Sequence record: MT808983.1
Strand: one strand, 5' to 3'
Length of the DNA: 39,817 bases
From: Escherichia phage TM1
Part shown: positions 17,847 to 27,228 of the stretch, piece by piece
Layout of the letters: the number at the start of each line of letters is the position of its first letter
How positions within the stretch are numbered: the first letter of the stretch is position 1
Notes under the pieces: model-generated
Seen by the model: the letters and a program-made list of their open reading frames with translations, nothing else
Told to the model about the DNA's origin: nothing
Database searches by the model: none
Position numbers and translations under genes: made by a program

Positions 17847-18119
17847 ATGGCGCTTAATGCTATTGAAAACGTTGTTAAGCAGTTACAGGAAGAAAGACTT
17901 GATGTCCCGAACATCTCCCAGTCTGCTATCCAGTTCCTGCACGTATTGTTCAACGCAAGCTACGCTGAGAAGATGGGAGCTATTAGTCTCCTCAAGCAGC
18001 AGGGCTACAGCGATGCGTTCATTGCCGGATTCATCAAGGGTCTCCAGTATTGCTCTGACACTCTCGACTCTGCGATTGCTATGCGTCGTGAGCTGAAAGA
18101 TACCGTTCAGTTCGATTAA
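17847..18119 (+). CDS. gp6.5-like protein (90 aa)
   Basis: SD AGAGGAG; first gene after the phi6.5-like promoter. Confidence 0.55.
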   Translation: MALNAIENVVKQLQEERLDVPNISQSAIQFLHVLFNASYAEKMGAISLLKQQGYSDAFIAGFIKGLQYCSDTLDSAIAMRRELKDTVQFD

Positions 18120-18133
18120 CTGTAGGAGGGACT

Positions 18134-18358
18134 ATGTGTTTCAGTCCAAAGATTAGCACTCCGAAGCCTTCGGTCCAAGCGCCTGAACCAGCACCTCTGA
18201 GTGAGGAAGTTGCGTCAGTTGACATCGGGGCTGAATCGGATGTTGATACCAACGAGACCAAAGGTATCAAAGACCTTAAGGTTAAGAAGGAGTCTGCAAC
18301 TAAAGATAAATCGTCAGTAAGTCGCGCTATGCGAGCCTCTGGCGTCAACATGGGGTAA
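18134..18358 (+). CDS. gp6.7: gp6.7-like virion protein (74 aa)
   Basis: Begins MCFSPKI, as recalled for T7 gp6.7; low-complexity basic/acidic composition. Confidence 0.8.
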   Translation: MCFSPKISTPKPSVQAPEPAPLSEEVASVDIGAESDVDTNETKGIKDLKVKKESATKDKSSVSRAMRASGVNMG

Positions 18359-18362
18359 GACA

Positions 18363-18767
18363 ATGCTACCATATCTCAACTCACGCGAAGGTCGCCACAT
18401 GTGCGCTTGTCGCCTCTGGGAAGACGGGCAGTCTAACTTCAAGTCATTCGAGGACTTCAAGGCTCATACTTACCGTATGGCTGACGAGTTCGACGGTGAA
18501 GAATACACAATCTACGATGTCTCAGGTCAACCAGTAGCGTATCTCTACATGCTGGCTACCGCATCTTGGCACCGACCGACTCCCGGTCTTGACCTTTCAA
18601 TCGTCGCTGTTCGTCGTGACTCGCAGTCCTCCCGCAAGGTTCTTGAGACTGTCAGGCACATCGTAAACGAAGAGTGCAAGCGTTGGGGTCTTGACTGGTA
18701 TTCTCGTGTCAAGCATGTTTCTGGGTCGGTAGACATCGTAACAACTAAGGAGATTAATCGTGGGTAA
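18363..18767 (+). CDS. gp7-like protein (134 aa)
   Basis: Position between the 6.7 and 7.3 homologs and length similar to T7 gp7 (about 133 aa); sequence similarity not verified from memory. Confidence 0.5.
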   Translation: MLPYLNSREGRHMCACRLWEDGQSNFKSFEDFKAHTYRMADEFDGEEYTIYDVSGQPVAYLYMLATASWHRPTPGLDLSIVAVRRDSQSSRKVLETVRHIVNEECKRWGLDWYSRVKHVSGSVDIVTTKEINRG

Positions 18768-19008
18768 ATCAATCAGTAAGGCTTTCAAGAAAGTGGTGAA
18801 AAGTACGCTAGGGACCGTTGGTCTTGGCTCTGATGACGCGCCTAAGGTTGTTGAGGCTCAGACCCCAGCAGCACCAGTGGAAGTACCGAACGACAAAGTG
18901 GAGGATGTGGATACTGAAACAACAGCATCTGACGAGAAGAAAGTGAAGCGTTCCGGTAAGCGTAGCCTTCAGGTCTCTCGCACCTCTGGTGGCGGTATTT
19001 CTATTTAA
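18760..19008 (+). CDS. gp7.3: gp7.3-like tail/virion protein (82 aa)
   Basis: MGKSISKAFKKVVK...KRSGKRSLQVSRTSGGGISI parallels T7 gp7.3 (MGKKVKKAVKKV...SLSVARSSGGGINI); GTG start after AAGGAG. Confidence 0.8.
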   Translation: MGKSISKAFKKVVKSTLGTVGLGSDDAPKVVEAQTPAAPVEVPNDKVEDVDTETTASDEKKVKRSGKRSLQVSRTSGGGISI

Positions 19009-19019
19009 GGAGGTGACGA

Positions 19020-20588
19020 ATGGCTGAACGTGAAGGGTTCGCTGCTGAAGGCGCGAAGGCAGTTTATGATAGACTGAAGAACGGTAGACAGCCATATGAG
19101 ACACGCGCTCAGAACTGCGCTGCTGTCACTATCCCGTCACTGTTTCCTAAGGAGTCAGACAACTCGTCTACGGAATACGTGACGCCGTGGCAAGCTGTAG
19201 GTGCTCGCTGTTTGAACAACTTGGCTGCAAAGCTGATGCTGGCATTATTCCCTCAGTCACCGTGGATGCGACTTACAGTCTCCGAATATGAGGCCAAGAC
19301 CTTGAGTCAGGACTCAGAGGCTGCTGCTCGTGTTGACGAAGGTCTGGCTATGGTCGAGCGTGTGTTGATGGCCTACATGGAGACTAACAGTTTCCGTGTG
19401 CCATTGTTCGAAGCTCTGAAGCAGCTTATCGTCTCCGGTAACTGTCTGCTCTACATTCCAGAGCCTGAACAGGGAACCTACAGTCCTATGCGAATGTACC
19501 GCTTAGTGTCCTACGTTGTTCAACGTGATGCTTTCGGTAATATCTTGCAGATTGTAACTCTCGACAAGGTAGCGTTTAGTGCTCTACCGGAAGACGTTAA
19601 GTCCCAACTCAACGCAGAAGACTATGAGCCTGACACCGAGCTGGAAGTGTATACGCACATCTACCGTCAGGACGACGAGTATCTGCGCTACGAGGAGGTG
19701 GAAGGAATTGAGGTAGCAGGGACCGAGGGTTCTTACCCACTGACTGCCTGTCCGTACATCCCGGTGCGAATGGTTCGACTGGATGGTGAAGACTATGGTC
19801 GTTCTTACTGCGAGGAGTATCTGGGAGACCTGAACTCGCTGGAGACGATTACAGAAGCTATCACCAAAATGGCTAAGGTAGCCTCCAAGGTGGTGGGCCT
19901 CGTTAACCCGAACGGTATCACGCAACCTCGTCGTCTGAACAAGGCGGCTACAGGTGAGTTCGTGGCTGGTCGCGTTGAGGACATCAACTTCCTGCAACTG
20001 ACGAAAGGTCAGGACTTTACGATTGCCAAGTCGGTGGCTGATGCTATCGAGCAACGTTTAGGCTGGGCCTTCCTTCTTAATAGTGCTGTTCAGCGTAATG
20101 CCGAGCGAGTCACTGCTGAAGAGATTCGTTATGTTGCTGGCGAACTGGAGGCGACCTTAGGTGGCGTGTACTCAGTACAATCCCAAGAGCTTCAGCTACC
20201 TATCGTCCGTGTACTGATGAACCAGCTTCAGTCTGCTGGCATGATTCCTGACCTTCCGAAAGAAGCGGTAGAGCCTACGGTCTCCACAGGTCTTGAAGCG
20301 TTAGGTCGTGGTCAGGACTTGGAGAAGCTGACTCAGGCAGTCAACATGATGACAGGTCTACAGCCTCTGCAACAGGACCCGGACATTAACTTGCCTACCC
20401 TGAAGCTGCGACTGCTGAATGCCTTAGGCATTGATACTGCGGGTCTTCTGCTGACTCAGGACGAGAAGATTCAGCGCATGGCTGAGCAGTCGTCTCAACA
20501 GGCAGTTGTCAAAGGTGCTAGTGCTGCTGGTGCTAACATGGGCGCTGCTGTAGGTCAGGGAGCTGGTGAGGACATGGCTCAAGCCTAA
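19020..20588 (+). CDS. gp8: Head-to-tail connector / portal protein (T7 gp8 homolog, 522 aa)
   Basis: Position, size and acidic C-terminus as in T7 gp8; SD AAGGAGG. Confidence 0.9.
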   Translation: MAEREGFAAEGAKAVYDRLKNGRQPYETRAQNCAAVTIPSLFPKESDNSSTEYVTPWQAVGARCLNNLAAKLMLALFPQSPWMRLTVSEYEAKTLSQDSEAAARVDEGLAMVERVLMAYMETNSFRVPLFEALKQLIVSGNCLLYIPEPEQGTYSPMRMYRLVSYVVQRDAFGNILQIVTLDKVAFSALPEDVKSQLNAEDYEPDTELEVYTHIYRQDDEYLRYEEVEGIEVAGTEGSYPLTACPYIPVRMVRLDGEDYGRSYCEEYLGDLNSLETITEAITKMAKVASKVVGLVNPNGITQPRRLNKAATGEFVAGRVEDINFLQLTKGQDFTIAKSVADAIEQRLGWAFLLNSAVQRNAERVTAEEIRYVAGELEATLGGVYSVQSQELQLPIVRVLMNQLQSAGMIPDLPKEAVEPTVSTGLEALGRGQDLEKLTQAVNMMTGLQPLQQDPDINLPTLKLRLLNALGIDTAGLLLTQDEKIQRMAEQSSQQAVVKGASAAGANMGAAVGQGAGEDMAQA

Positions 20589-20607
20589 ACTATCACTATA
20601 GGAACAA
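20584..20607 (+). promoter_or_regulatory. Phage-RNAP promoter (taaACTATCACTATAGGaac), phi9 position
   Basis: Family consensus; the portal stop codon TAA lies at promoter positions -17 to -15. Confidence 0.8.
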
Positions 20608-20677
20608 CGTCTGGTCTACAATTTGTAGGTTTCTAGTCCCGTTGTTCCTACCATTTCAATCAAAGGAGAATGACTCA

Positions 20678-21562
20678 ATGTCTCAATCAGTTTATGCCGA
20701 GTTCGGCGTTAGCTCTAATGCAATCACTGGTTCCGTTGAGGACCTGAACGAACACCAGAAGTCTATGCTTGAACAGGACGTAGCTGTTCGTGATGGCGAT
20801 GACGCTATTACCTTCAAGCAACTGGAAGCCGAAAACGAAGAGGCGACCGAAGAAGACGAGAACGTCGAAGAGACTGAAGGTGAAGAAGACCACGAGTCCG
20901 ATGACGAAGAGTCTGAGACCGATGGCGATCAACCTGAGTTCGTCGAACTTGGTGATGCACCTAAAGAGCTGACCGAAAGTGTCACCGCTCTGGATGAAAA
21001 CGAAGCTGCATTCGACGACATGGTGTCTTCTGCTGTAGAAGCTGGCAAGGTCACTGCTGATGAAATTACCGCTATCAAGGCTGAATACGCCAAGGACGGT
21101 AAGCTGTCTGACGCATCCTACGCTAAGTTGCAGGAAGCAGGTTACACCAAGCGTTTCGTAGATTCGTTTGTCCGTGGTCAGGAAGCTCTGGCTGAACAGT
21201 ATGCTGCTGGTGTGGTTCGCTACGCTGGTGGTGCTGAGCAGTTTAATCGCATCTTGTCACACCTTGAGTCCAACGACCCGTCAACTCGTGAAGCACTGGA
21301 AGCTGCTATCGTTCGTAAGGACATTGCGACTACCAAGGCTCTGCTGAATCTGGCTGGCAAGACTCTGGGTAAAGCTGTAGGTATTAAACCTCAGCGTACC
21401 ATCACAACTCAGGCTAAACCTGTGGTTGCACCTAATGCTCCTCAGACCGAAGCATTCAGCTCAAAGGCTGACATGATTAAGGCTATGAGTGACCCGCGAT
21501 ACCTGCGTGACGCTAAGTACACGATGGAAGTTCGCGCTAAGGTAGCTGCCTCAAGCCTGTAG
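20678..21562 (+). CDS. gp9: Capsid assembly/scaffolding protein (T7 gp9 homolog)
   Basis: Highly acidic N-terminal region (EEATEEDENVEETEGEEDHESDDEE); position between portal and capsid; start taken at ATG 20678 (SD AAAGGAGAA). Confidence 0.8.
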   Translation: MSQSVYAEFGVSSNAITGSVEDLNEHQKSMLEQDVAVRDGDDAITFKQLEAENEEATEEDENVEETEGEEDHESDDEESETDGDQPEFVELGDAPKELTESVTALDENEAAFDDMVSSAVEAGKVTADEITAIKAEYAKDGKLSDASYAKLQEAGYTKRFVDSFVRGQEALAEQYAAGVVRYAGGAEQFNRILSHLESNDPSTREALEAAIVRKDIATTKALLNLAGKTLGKAVGIKPQRTITTQAKPVVAPNAPQTEAFSSKADMIKAMSDPRYLRDAKYTMEVRAKVAASSL

Positions 21563-21563
21563 G

Positions 21564-21587
21564 ACTAAACTATCACTATAGGGAGAC
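21564..21587 (+). promoter_or_regulatory. Phage-RNAP promoter (taaACTATCACTATAGGGAGACC), phi10 position
   Basis: Longest match to the T7 class III consensus downstream region (TATAGGGAGACC); precedes the major capsid gene. Confidence 0.9.
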
Positions 21588-21689
21588 CAATAGACAGGCT
21601 CAAGGTTTCCCCTATTACTTCAGTCCATACGGATTGGGCATACAGTAAGTAATAAACTTTATCTTTCAATTGAATAGGAGAATTATCAT

Positions 21690-22733
21690 ATGGCAAACGT
21701 TCCGGGTCAGAAAATTGGTACAGACCAAGGTAAAGGCAAATCTGGTTCCGACGCTCTGGCGTTGTTCCTGAAGGTCTTTGCTGGTGAAGTCCTGACCGCA
21801 TTCACTCGCCGCTCTGTAACTGCCGACAAGCATATTGTCCGTACCATTCAGAACGGTAAGTCTGCTCAGTTCCCGGTCATGGGTCGCACCTCTGGTGTGT
21901 ATCTGGCTCCGGGTGAGCGACTGTCCGATAAGCGTAAAGGTATCAAACATACCGAGAAAGTGATTACCATTGATGGTCTGCTGACTGCCGATGTGATGAT
22001 TTTCGACATTGAAGACGCGATGAACCACTACGACGTGGCTGGCGAGTATTCCAACCAGTTGGGCGAAGCTCTGGCTATCGCTGCTGATGGTGCTGTTCTG
22101 GCTGAAATGGCTATCCTGTGTAACCTCCCGGCTGCATCCAACGAGAACATCGCTGGTCTGGGTACTGCGTCCGTACTGGAAGTTGGTAAGAAAGCTGACC
22201 TCGACACCCCGGCTAAACTGGGTGAAGCAATCATCGGTCAACTGACCATTGCTCGCGCGAAGCTGACCTCCAACTACGTTCCTGCTGGCGACCGTTACTT
22301 CTACACCACGCCTGACAACTACTCTGCAATCCTCGCGACTCTGATGCCGAACGCTGCTAACTATGCTGCTCTGATTGACCCAGAGACTGGTAACATCCGT
22401 AACGTGATGGGCTTCGTTGTTGTTGAAGTTCCGCATCTGGTACAGGGCGGTGCTGGTGAGACCCGTGGTGCTGATGGTATCACTATCGCTTCCGGCCAGA
22501 AACACGCATTCCCGGCAACTGCTGGTGACGACGTTAAAGTTGCTATGGACAACGTTGTTGGTCTGTTCTCTCACCGTTCTGCTGTGGGTACTGTGAAGCT
22601 GCGTGACTTGGCGCTGGAACGTGACCGTGACGTCGATGCTCAGGGCGACCTGATTGTTGGTAAGTACGCTATGGGTCACGGTGGTCTGCGTCCTGAAGCG
22701 GCTGGCGCACTGGTTTTCAGCCCAGCGGCGTAA
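21690..22733 (+). CDS. gp10A: Major capsid protein (T7 gp10A homolog, 347 aa)
   Basis: GTDQGKG...LALFLKVFAGEVLTAF...KSAQFPVMGRT...HTEKVITIDGLLTADVMIFDIEDAMNHYDV...AMGHGGLRPEAAG, collinear with T7 gp10A. Confidence 0.96.
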   Translation: MANVPGQKIGTDQGKGKSGSDALALFLKVFAGEVLTAFTRRSVTADKHIVRTIQNGKSAQFPVMGRTSGVYLAPGERLSDKRKGIKHTEKVITIDGLLTADVMIFDIEDAMNHYDVAGEYSNQLGEALAIAADGAVLAEMAILCNLPAASNENIAGLGTASVLEVGKKADLDTPAKLGEAIIGQLTIARAKLTSNYVPAGDRYFYTTPDNYSAILATLMPNAANYAALIDPETGNIRNVMGFVVVEVPHLVQGGAGETRGADGITIASGQKHAFPATAGDDVKVAMDNVVGLFSHRSAVGTVKLRDLALERDRDVDAQGDLIVGKYAMGHGGLRPEAAGALVFSPAA

Positions 22734-22864
22734 GCACCTTTAGCCAACCTAACGTCGCTACAGTAGCGGCTGCACCTGAAGAGGAGACTCTAACTCCTCA
22801 ACAGAAAGCTGCGCGTACTCGTGCTGCGAACAGGGCCGCTAAACTGGCTGAGTCCAACAACTAA
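22712..22864 (+). other. gp10B: Putative -1 frameshift extension of the capsid gene (gp10B-like minor capsid C-terminus)
   Basis: U-rich stretch GGTTTTC at 22712-22718, 5 codons before the 10A stop; the -1 frame stays open for about 50 codons (GFQPSGVSTF...KLAESNN) and stops at 22862-22864, just upstream of the Tphi-like terminator. Confidence 0.55.
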
Positions 22865-22865
22865 T

Positions 22866-22908
22866 TGAAACCCCTTGGGTGCCTTCGGGTGCTTGAGGGG
22901 TTTTTTGC
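22866..22908 (+). terminator. Late terminator, analog of T7 Tphi
   Basis: aaccccttgggtgccttcgggtgcttgaggggttttttg; close resemblance to T7 Tphi (AACCCCTTGGGGCCTCTAAACGGGTCTTGAGGGGTTTTTTG). Confidence 0.85.
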
Positions 22909-22927
22909 TTAAAGTGAGAGGAGACTT

Positions 22928-23494
22928 ATGGCTCAATACATTCCACTGAATGCTAACGATGACTTAGACGCCATCAACGATATGTTAGCAGCTATCGGTG
23001 AACCAGCAGTCCTACAGCTTGACGAGGGGAACGCTGACGTCTCGAACGCTCAACGTATCCTGCATCGTGTCAATCGTCAGGTCCAAGCTAAAGGCTGGAA
23101 CTTTAACATCAACGAAGCTGCTGTCCTGACACCTGATGTCCAAGACAATAGGATTCGATTCTTGCCGTCATACCTTCGTGTAATGACCGCTGGGGCCACC
23201 AGCTACTACAGCAACATGGGTGGATACCTGTACGACCTGTCCACTCAGTCAACCACTTTCACCGACCCCATCACGGTAGAGCTTGTGGAGATGAAGCCAT
23301 TCTCCGAGATGCCTGTGGTCTTCAGGGACTACATCGTCACTAAAGCTAGCCGTGAGTTCAACGCTAAGTTCTTCGGTAGCCCAGAGTCAGAGCTATACCT
23401 TCGTGAGCAGGAAGCAGAACTCTATCAGCAGGTTATGGAGTACGAGATGGACACTGGTCGCTACAACATGATGTCTGACATCGGGAGGGACTAA
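22928..23494 (+). CDS. gp11: Tail tubular protein A (T7 gp11 homolog)
   Basis: ANAQRILHRVNRQVQAKGWNFNINE...YIVTKASREFNAKFFGSPE...MEYEMDTGRYNMM, collinear with T7 gp11. Confidence 0.9.
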   Translation: MAQYIPLNANDDLDAINDMLAAIGEPAVLQLDEGNADVSNAQRILHRVNRQVQAKGWNFNINEAAVLTPDVQDNRIRFLPSYLRVMTAGATSYYSNMGGYLYDLSTQSTTFTDPITVELVEMKPFSEMPVVFRDYIVTKASREFNAKFFGSPESELYLREQEAELYQQVMEYEMDTGRYNMMSDIGRD

Positions 23495-23721
23495 TGGCTA
23501 GTCACAACCTGAAGATTCACCGCCAGCACTTTGGTCCGGTACAGCTAGGTCTAAAGACAGCAGAGCTGAGACTTAACGACCGGGACTTTAAGGTTGGCGA
23601 TTGGCTTATCCTGAATGAGTGGGACAACGGGTATACCGGACAACAGGTAGCGCGTAAGGTTGTCCACATTGCTGACGTTGGTGACATCTCTGAAGGATAC
23701 GTCCTAATGAGTATGATTTAA
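23494..23721 (+). CDS. ASCH/DUF3850-like small protein (75 aa) inserted between the tail tubular genes
   Basis: LKIHRQHFGPVQLGLKTAELRLNDRDFKVGDWLILNEWD...YTG...EGYVLMSMI matches the recalled DUF3850 (ASCH-like) pattern; ATG overlaps the gp11 stop. T7 has no gene here. Confidence 0.65.
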   Translation: MASHNLKIHRQHFGPVQLGLKTAELRLNDRDFKVGDWLILNEWDNGYTGQQVARKVVHIADVGDISEGYVLMSMI

Positions 23722-23730
23722 GGAGGGCCT

Positions 23731-26088
23731 ATGCCACTAATTACTCAATCAATCAAGAACCTTAAAGGTGGCATTAGCCAGCAGCCTGATATACTGAGGT
23801 TCTCAGACCAAGGCGAGGCACAGGTTAACTGCTGGTCATCCGAGAGTGATGGCCTCCAGAAGCGCCCACCTACAGTCTTCAAGAGACGTCTTAACATCGA
23901 CGTTGGGAGCAACCCTAAGTTCCACCTGATTAACCGTGACGAGCATGAGCAGTATTACATCGTGTTCAATGGGTCAAACATTCAGGTAGTTGACTTGAGT
24001 GGTAATCAATACTCAGTGTCAGGTGAGGTAGACTACGTTGAGTCCTCCAACCCACGAGATGACATCCGTGTCGTTACCGTGGCAGACTATACGTTCGTCG
24101 TTAACCGTAAGGTTGTCGTCAAAGGTGGAAACGAGAAGTCACACTCTGGTTATAACCGCAAAGCACGAGCTTTAATTAACCTGCGTGGTGGGCAGTATGG
24201 TCGAACCCTTAAGGTGGGAATTAATGGTGGCGTTAAGGTCTCGCATAAGCTACCAGCAGGTAATGATGCCGAGAATGACCCGCCTAAGGTGGACGCTCAA
24301 GCCATTGGTGCAGCTCTTAGAGACCTTCTTGTTCAGGCCTATCCTGACTTCACGTTCGACCTTGGGTCTGGATTCCTGCTAATCACAGCTCCTTCAGGGA
24401 CTGACATTAACTCAGTTGAGACGGAGGATGGCTACGCTAACCAGCTAATAAGCCCAGTCCTAGACACTGTGCAGACAATCTCTAAACTACCTCTTGCAGC
24501 TCCTAACGGGTATATCATTAAGATTCAAGGTGAGACAAACAGTAGCGCCGATGAATACTACGTGATGTATGACTCCAACACTAAGACGTGGAAGGAGACA
24601 GTGGAGCCGGGAGTTGTTACTGGGTTCGATGTCGCCACAATGCCACATGCTCTGGTCAGAAAGTCTGATGGCTCCTTTGAGTTCAAGACTCTGGATTGGT
24701 CCAAGCGTGGTGCTGGTAACGATGACACAAACCCTATGCCTAGCTTCGTGGATGCTACGATTAACGATGTGTTCTTCTACAGGAACAGGCTAGGGTTCTT
24801 GTCAGGCGAGAACGTAATCATGAGCCGTTCAGCCAGCTACTTTGCGTTCTTCCCTAAGAGTGTGGCTACACTGAGTGATGATGATCCTATTGATGTAGCT
24901 GTAAGTAACCCTCGTATCTCAATCCTTAAGTATGCCGTTCCGTTTAGCGAGCAGCTACTACTTTGGTCGGATGAGGTTCAGTTCGTGATGACAAGCTCTG
25001 GGGTACTTACCTCGAAGTCTATCCAGCTTGATGTAGGCTCAGAGTTTGCCTTAGGTGATAATGCCAGACCGTTCGCTGTAGGACGCTCCGTCTTCTTCTC
25101 AGCTCCTCGTGGGTCATTCACCAGCATTAAGCGATACTTCGCTGTAGCTGATGTGTCTGATGTGAAGGATGCCGATGATACAACTGGTCACGTACTGTCC
25201 TACATCCCTAACGGGGTGTTTGATATTCAAGGTACAGGTACTGAGAACTACATCTGCGTCAACTCTACAGGTGCATACAACCGAATCTACATCTACAAGT
25301 TCTTGTTTAAGGACGGCGTACAGCTTCAATCCTCTTGGTCACACTGGGAGTTCCCTAAAGATGATAAGATTCTGGCGTCTGCTTCTATTGGCTCTACCAT
25401 GTTCATCGTTCGTCAGCACCAAGGAGGGGTAGACATTGAGCACCTTAAGTTCATCAAGGAGGCAACTGACTTCCCGTCAGAGCCATATAGACTACACATT
25501 GACTCCAAGGTGTCTATGGTAATTCCAATTGGCTCATATAATGCTGACAACTATAAGACTACGGTTGACATTGGTGCTGCTTATGGCGGCAACGCTCCGT
25601 CTCCCGGTCGGTACTATCTGATTGACAGTCATGGTGCTTATGTGGACCTTGGGGACTTGACCAGTATCTCTACTGTGGTTATCCTCAACGGCGATTGGTC
25701 AGGACGCACAGTGTTCATCGGACGGTCTTATCTGATGTCCTACAAGTTTTCACGGTTCCTGATTAAGATTGAAGACGATAGTGGTACTCAGTCTGAAGAC
25801 ACGGGTCGTCTACAGCTTCGTCGGGCTTGGGTAAACTACAAAGACACTGGCGCTCTGAGACTCATTGTCAGAAACGGTGAGCGGGAGTTCGTGAATACCT
25901 TCAACGGGTACACCCTTGGTCAGCAAACCATCGGGACTACAAACATCGGTGACGGGCAGTATCGCTTCGCTATGAATGGTAACGCATTAACCACGAGTCT
26001 AACCTTAGAGTCCGACTATCCTACCCCAGTGTCAATCGTTGGGTGTGGCTGGGAGGCGTCATACGCTAAGAAAGCTCGTTCCGTTTAA
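23731..26088 (+). CDS. gp12: Tail tubular protein B (T7 gp12 homolog, 785 aa)
   Basis: Size and position after gp11; SD AAGGAGGG. Confidence 0.9.
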   Translation: MPLITQSIKNLKGGISQQPDILRFSDQGEAQVNCWSSESDGLQKRPPTVFKRRLNIDVGSNPKFHLINRDEHEQYYIVFNGSNIQVVDLSGNQYSVSGEVDYVESSNPRDDIRVVTVADYTFVVNRKVVVKGGNEKSHSGYNRKARALINLRGGQYGRTLKVGINGGVKVSHKLPAGNDAENDPPKVDAQAIGAALRDLLVQAYPDFTFDLGSGFLLITAPSGTDINSVETEDGYANQLISPVLDTVQTISKLPLAAPNGYIIKIQGETNSSADEYYVMYDSNTKTWKETVEPGVVTGFDVATMPHALVRKSDGSFEFKTLDWSKRGAGNDDTNPMPSFVDATINDVFFYRNRLGFLSGENVIMSRSASYFAFFPKSVATLSDDDPIDVAVSNPRISILKYAVPFSEQLLLWSDEVQFVMTSSGVLTSKSIQLDVGSEFALGDNARPFAVGRSVFFSAPRGSFTSIKRYFAVADVSDVKDADDTTGHVLSYIPNGVFDIQGTGTENYICVNSTGAYNRIYIYKFLFKDGVQLQSSWSHWEFPKDDKILASASIGSTMFIVRQHQGGVDIEHLKFIKEATDFPSEPYRLHIDSKVSMVIPIGSYNADNYKTTVDIGAAYGGNAPSPGRYYLIDSHGAYVDLGDLTSISTVVILNGDWSGRTVFIGRSYLMSYKFSRFLIKIEDDSGTQSEDTGRLQLRRAWVNYKDTGALRLIVRNGEREFVNTFNGYTLGQQTIGTTNIGDGQYRFAMNGNALTTSLTLESDYPTPVSIVGCGWEASYAKKARSV

Positions 26089-26111
26089 CTTATTGAATGG
26101 CCTATAGATTT

Positions 26112-26135
26112 ACCTTAACTATCACTATAGGGACT
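26112..26135 (+). promoter_or_regulatory. Phage-RNAP promoter (ttaACTATCACTATAGGGac), phi13 position
   Basis: Family consensus; predicted +1 G at 26129. Confidence 0.8.
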
Positions 26136-26174
26136 ATAGGCCCTTTAAGTTATAATACTTTAATAGGAGACTTT

Positions 26175-26657
26175 ATGTATATTCGTAAAGCTACGGAACC
26201 AGATGTCCACTACTTTCTCTGGCATCTTTCGGCAGATGATGTTAATGAGTGCAAAGCAAACTATGGGTCAACCGTGGGTCTCTCTGAAAGACTGCTTAAG
26301 CACCTATCTCCGTCATCTGTGGTTTTAACGAACGGTGTAGGCGAAGTGTTTGCCTATGGTGGCAGCCAAGGGGATAACGTATGGTTTTTGACTTCAGGTC
26401 TGGTCAACAAGCTGAGACCTAAAGAGAAGCGAGAGTTCATAAAGCGTATCTCTGAGTACAGGGACTTAATGTTAGACCAATACGGGACCATCTGGAACTA
26501 CGTGTGGTCAGGCAATAAGTCTCACATTAAATTCTTGAAGTTGCTTGGCGCTAAATTCCATGATGATTGGACTATCAGTCCGGTAACTGGTGAGCGTTTT
26601 CAATTATTTACTATCTCTAAGGAGGACGTATGTGTGAACCAGTATCCATCGGTCTAG
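26175..26657 (+). CDS. gp13-like internal virion/assembly protein (160 aa)
   Basis: ATG 26175 with SD AGGAG downstream of the phi13-like promoter (the longer track ORF from 26097 would span the promoter); position between gp12 and gp14. Confidence 0.6.
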   Translation: MYIRKATEPDVHYFLWHLSADDVNECKANYGSTVGLSERLLKHLSPSSVVLTNGVGEVFAYGGSQGDNVWFLTSGLVNKLRPKEKREFIKRISEYRDLMLDQYGTIWNYVWSGNKSHIKFLKLLGAKFHDDWTISPVTGERFQLFTISKEDVCVNQYPSV

Positions 26658-27217
26658 GAGTCATGTCTGTAGCCGGGGCCACTATGTCCTCATCCATGCA
26701 GGCCAAGGCCGAAGGTGCAGCAATTGACGCTCAGAACCGACAGGCTCAGGAGATGATTAAGCAGATGAACTACTCTGACGCCAACCTGAAGATGCAGGAG
26801 CGAGACCTGAAGGAGCAGCAGATGGCTGAACTGACAGAGACCACGCTCAACGGTATACGCAATCAAGGTATGGTCCGAGCTGCGGTGGCTGAGTCCGGTC
26901 TGGAAGGTAACTCTATGGACAGGATTGAACGTCAGGTCGAAGGAGATACAGTCAAGGAGCGAGCAGGGATTACCGAAAGTTACAACCGCGACTATGCAGC
27001 TATCTTCGGAAACCGTATCGCCAACATTGAGAACACCAAGTCTGCTATCCGTGGTCAGGGTAAAATCATCAAGACCAGCCCACTGGCTCATGCACTTAAT
27101 GTTGCTACAGCAGGGATGCAAGGTTACGCCGCTGGTAAGTCAATGTCTGGGACTTCAGGCTCTGGTGGTGCTGCACCAATTAGTGCTGCTAAAGGCACAC
27201 CGACAGGTCATAGATAA
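26630..27217 (+). CDS. gp14: Internal virion protein B (T7 gp14 homolog, 195 aa)
   Basis: Position between the gp13-like and gp15 genes; length as in T7 gp14 (about 196 aa); SD GGAGGA. Confidence 0.85.
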   Translation: MCEPVSIGLGVMSVAGATMSSSMQAKAEGAAIDAQNRQAQEMIKQMNYSDANLKMQERDLKEQQMAELTETTLNGIRNQGMVRAAVAESGLEGNSMDRIERQVEGDTVKERAGITESYNRDYAAIFGNRIANIENTKSAIRGQGKIIKTSPLAHALNVATAGMQGYAAGKSMSGTSGSGGAAPISAAKGTPTGHR

Positions 27218-27228
27218 GAGGAGGACTA

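Noticed and set aside
20642-20677. Upstream extension of the scaffolding protein ORF
   Set aside because: The ATG at 20678 has a strong SD; the extension starts too close to the upstream promoter and has no RBS.
21666-22679. 337-aa minus-strand ORF antisense to the major capsid gene
   Set aside because: Fully overlaps the well-supported capsid gene on the opposite strand; T7-like genomes are transcribed from one strand only. Typical shadow ORF. The same applies to the other minus-strand ORFs in the track (e.g. 2947-3429, 19584-20054, 36770-37279).
26097-26174. Upstream extension of the gp13-like ORF
   Set aside because: The extension would encode across the phi13-like promoter; the ATG at 26175 with an SD is the more likely start.
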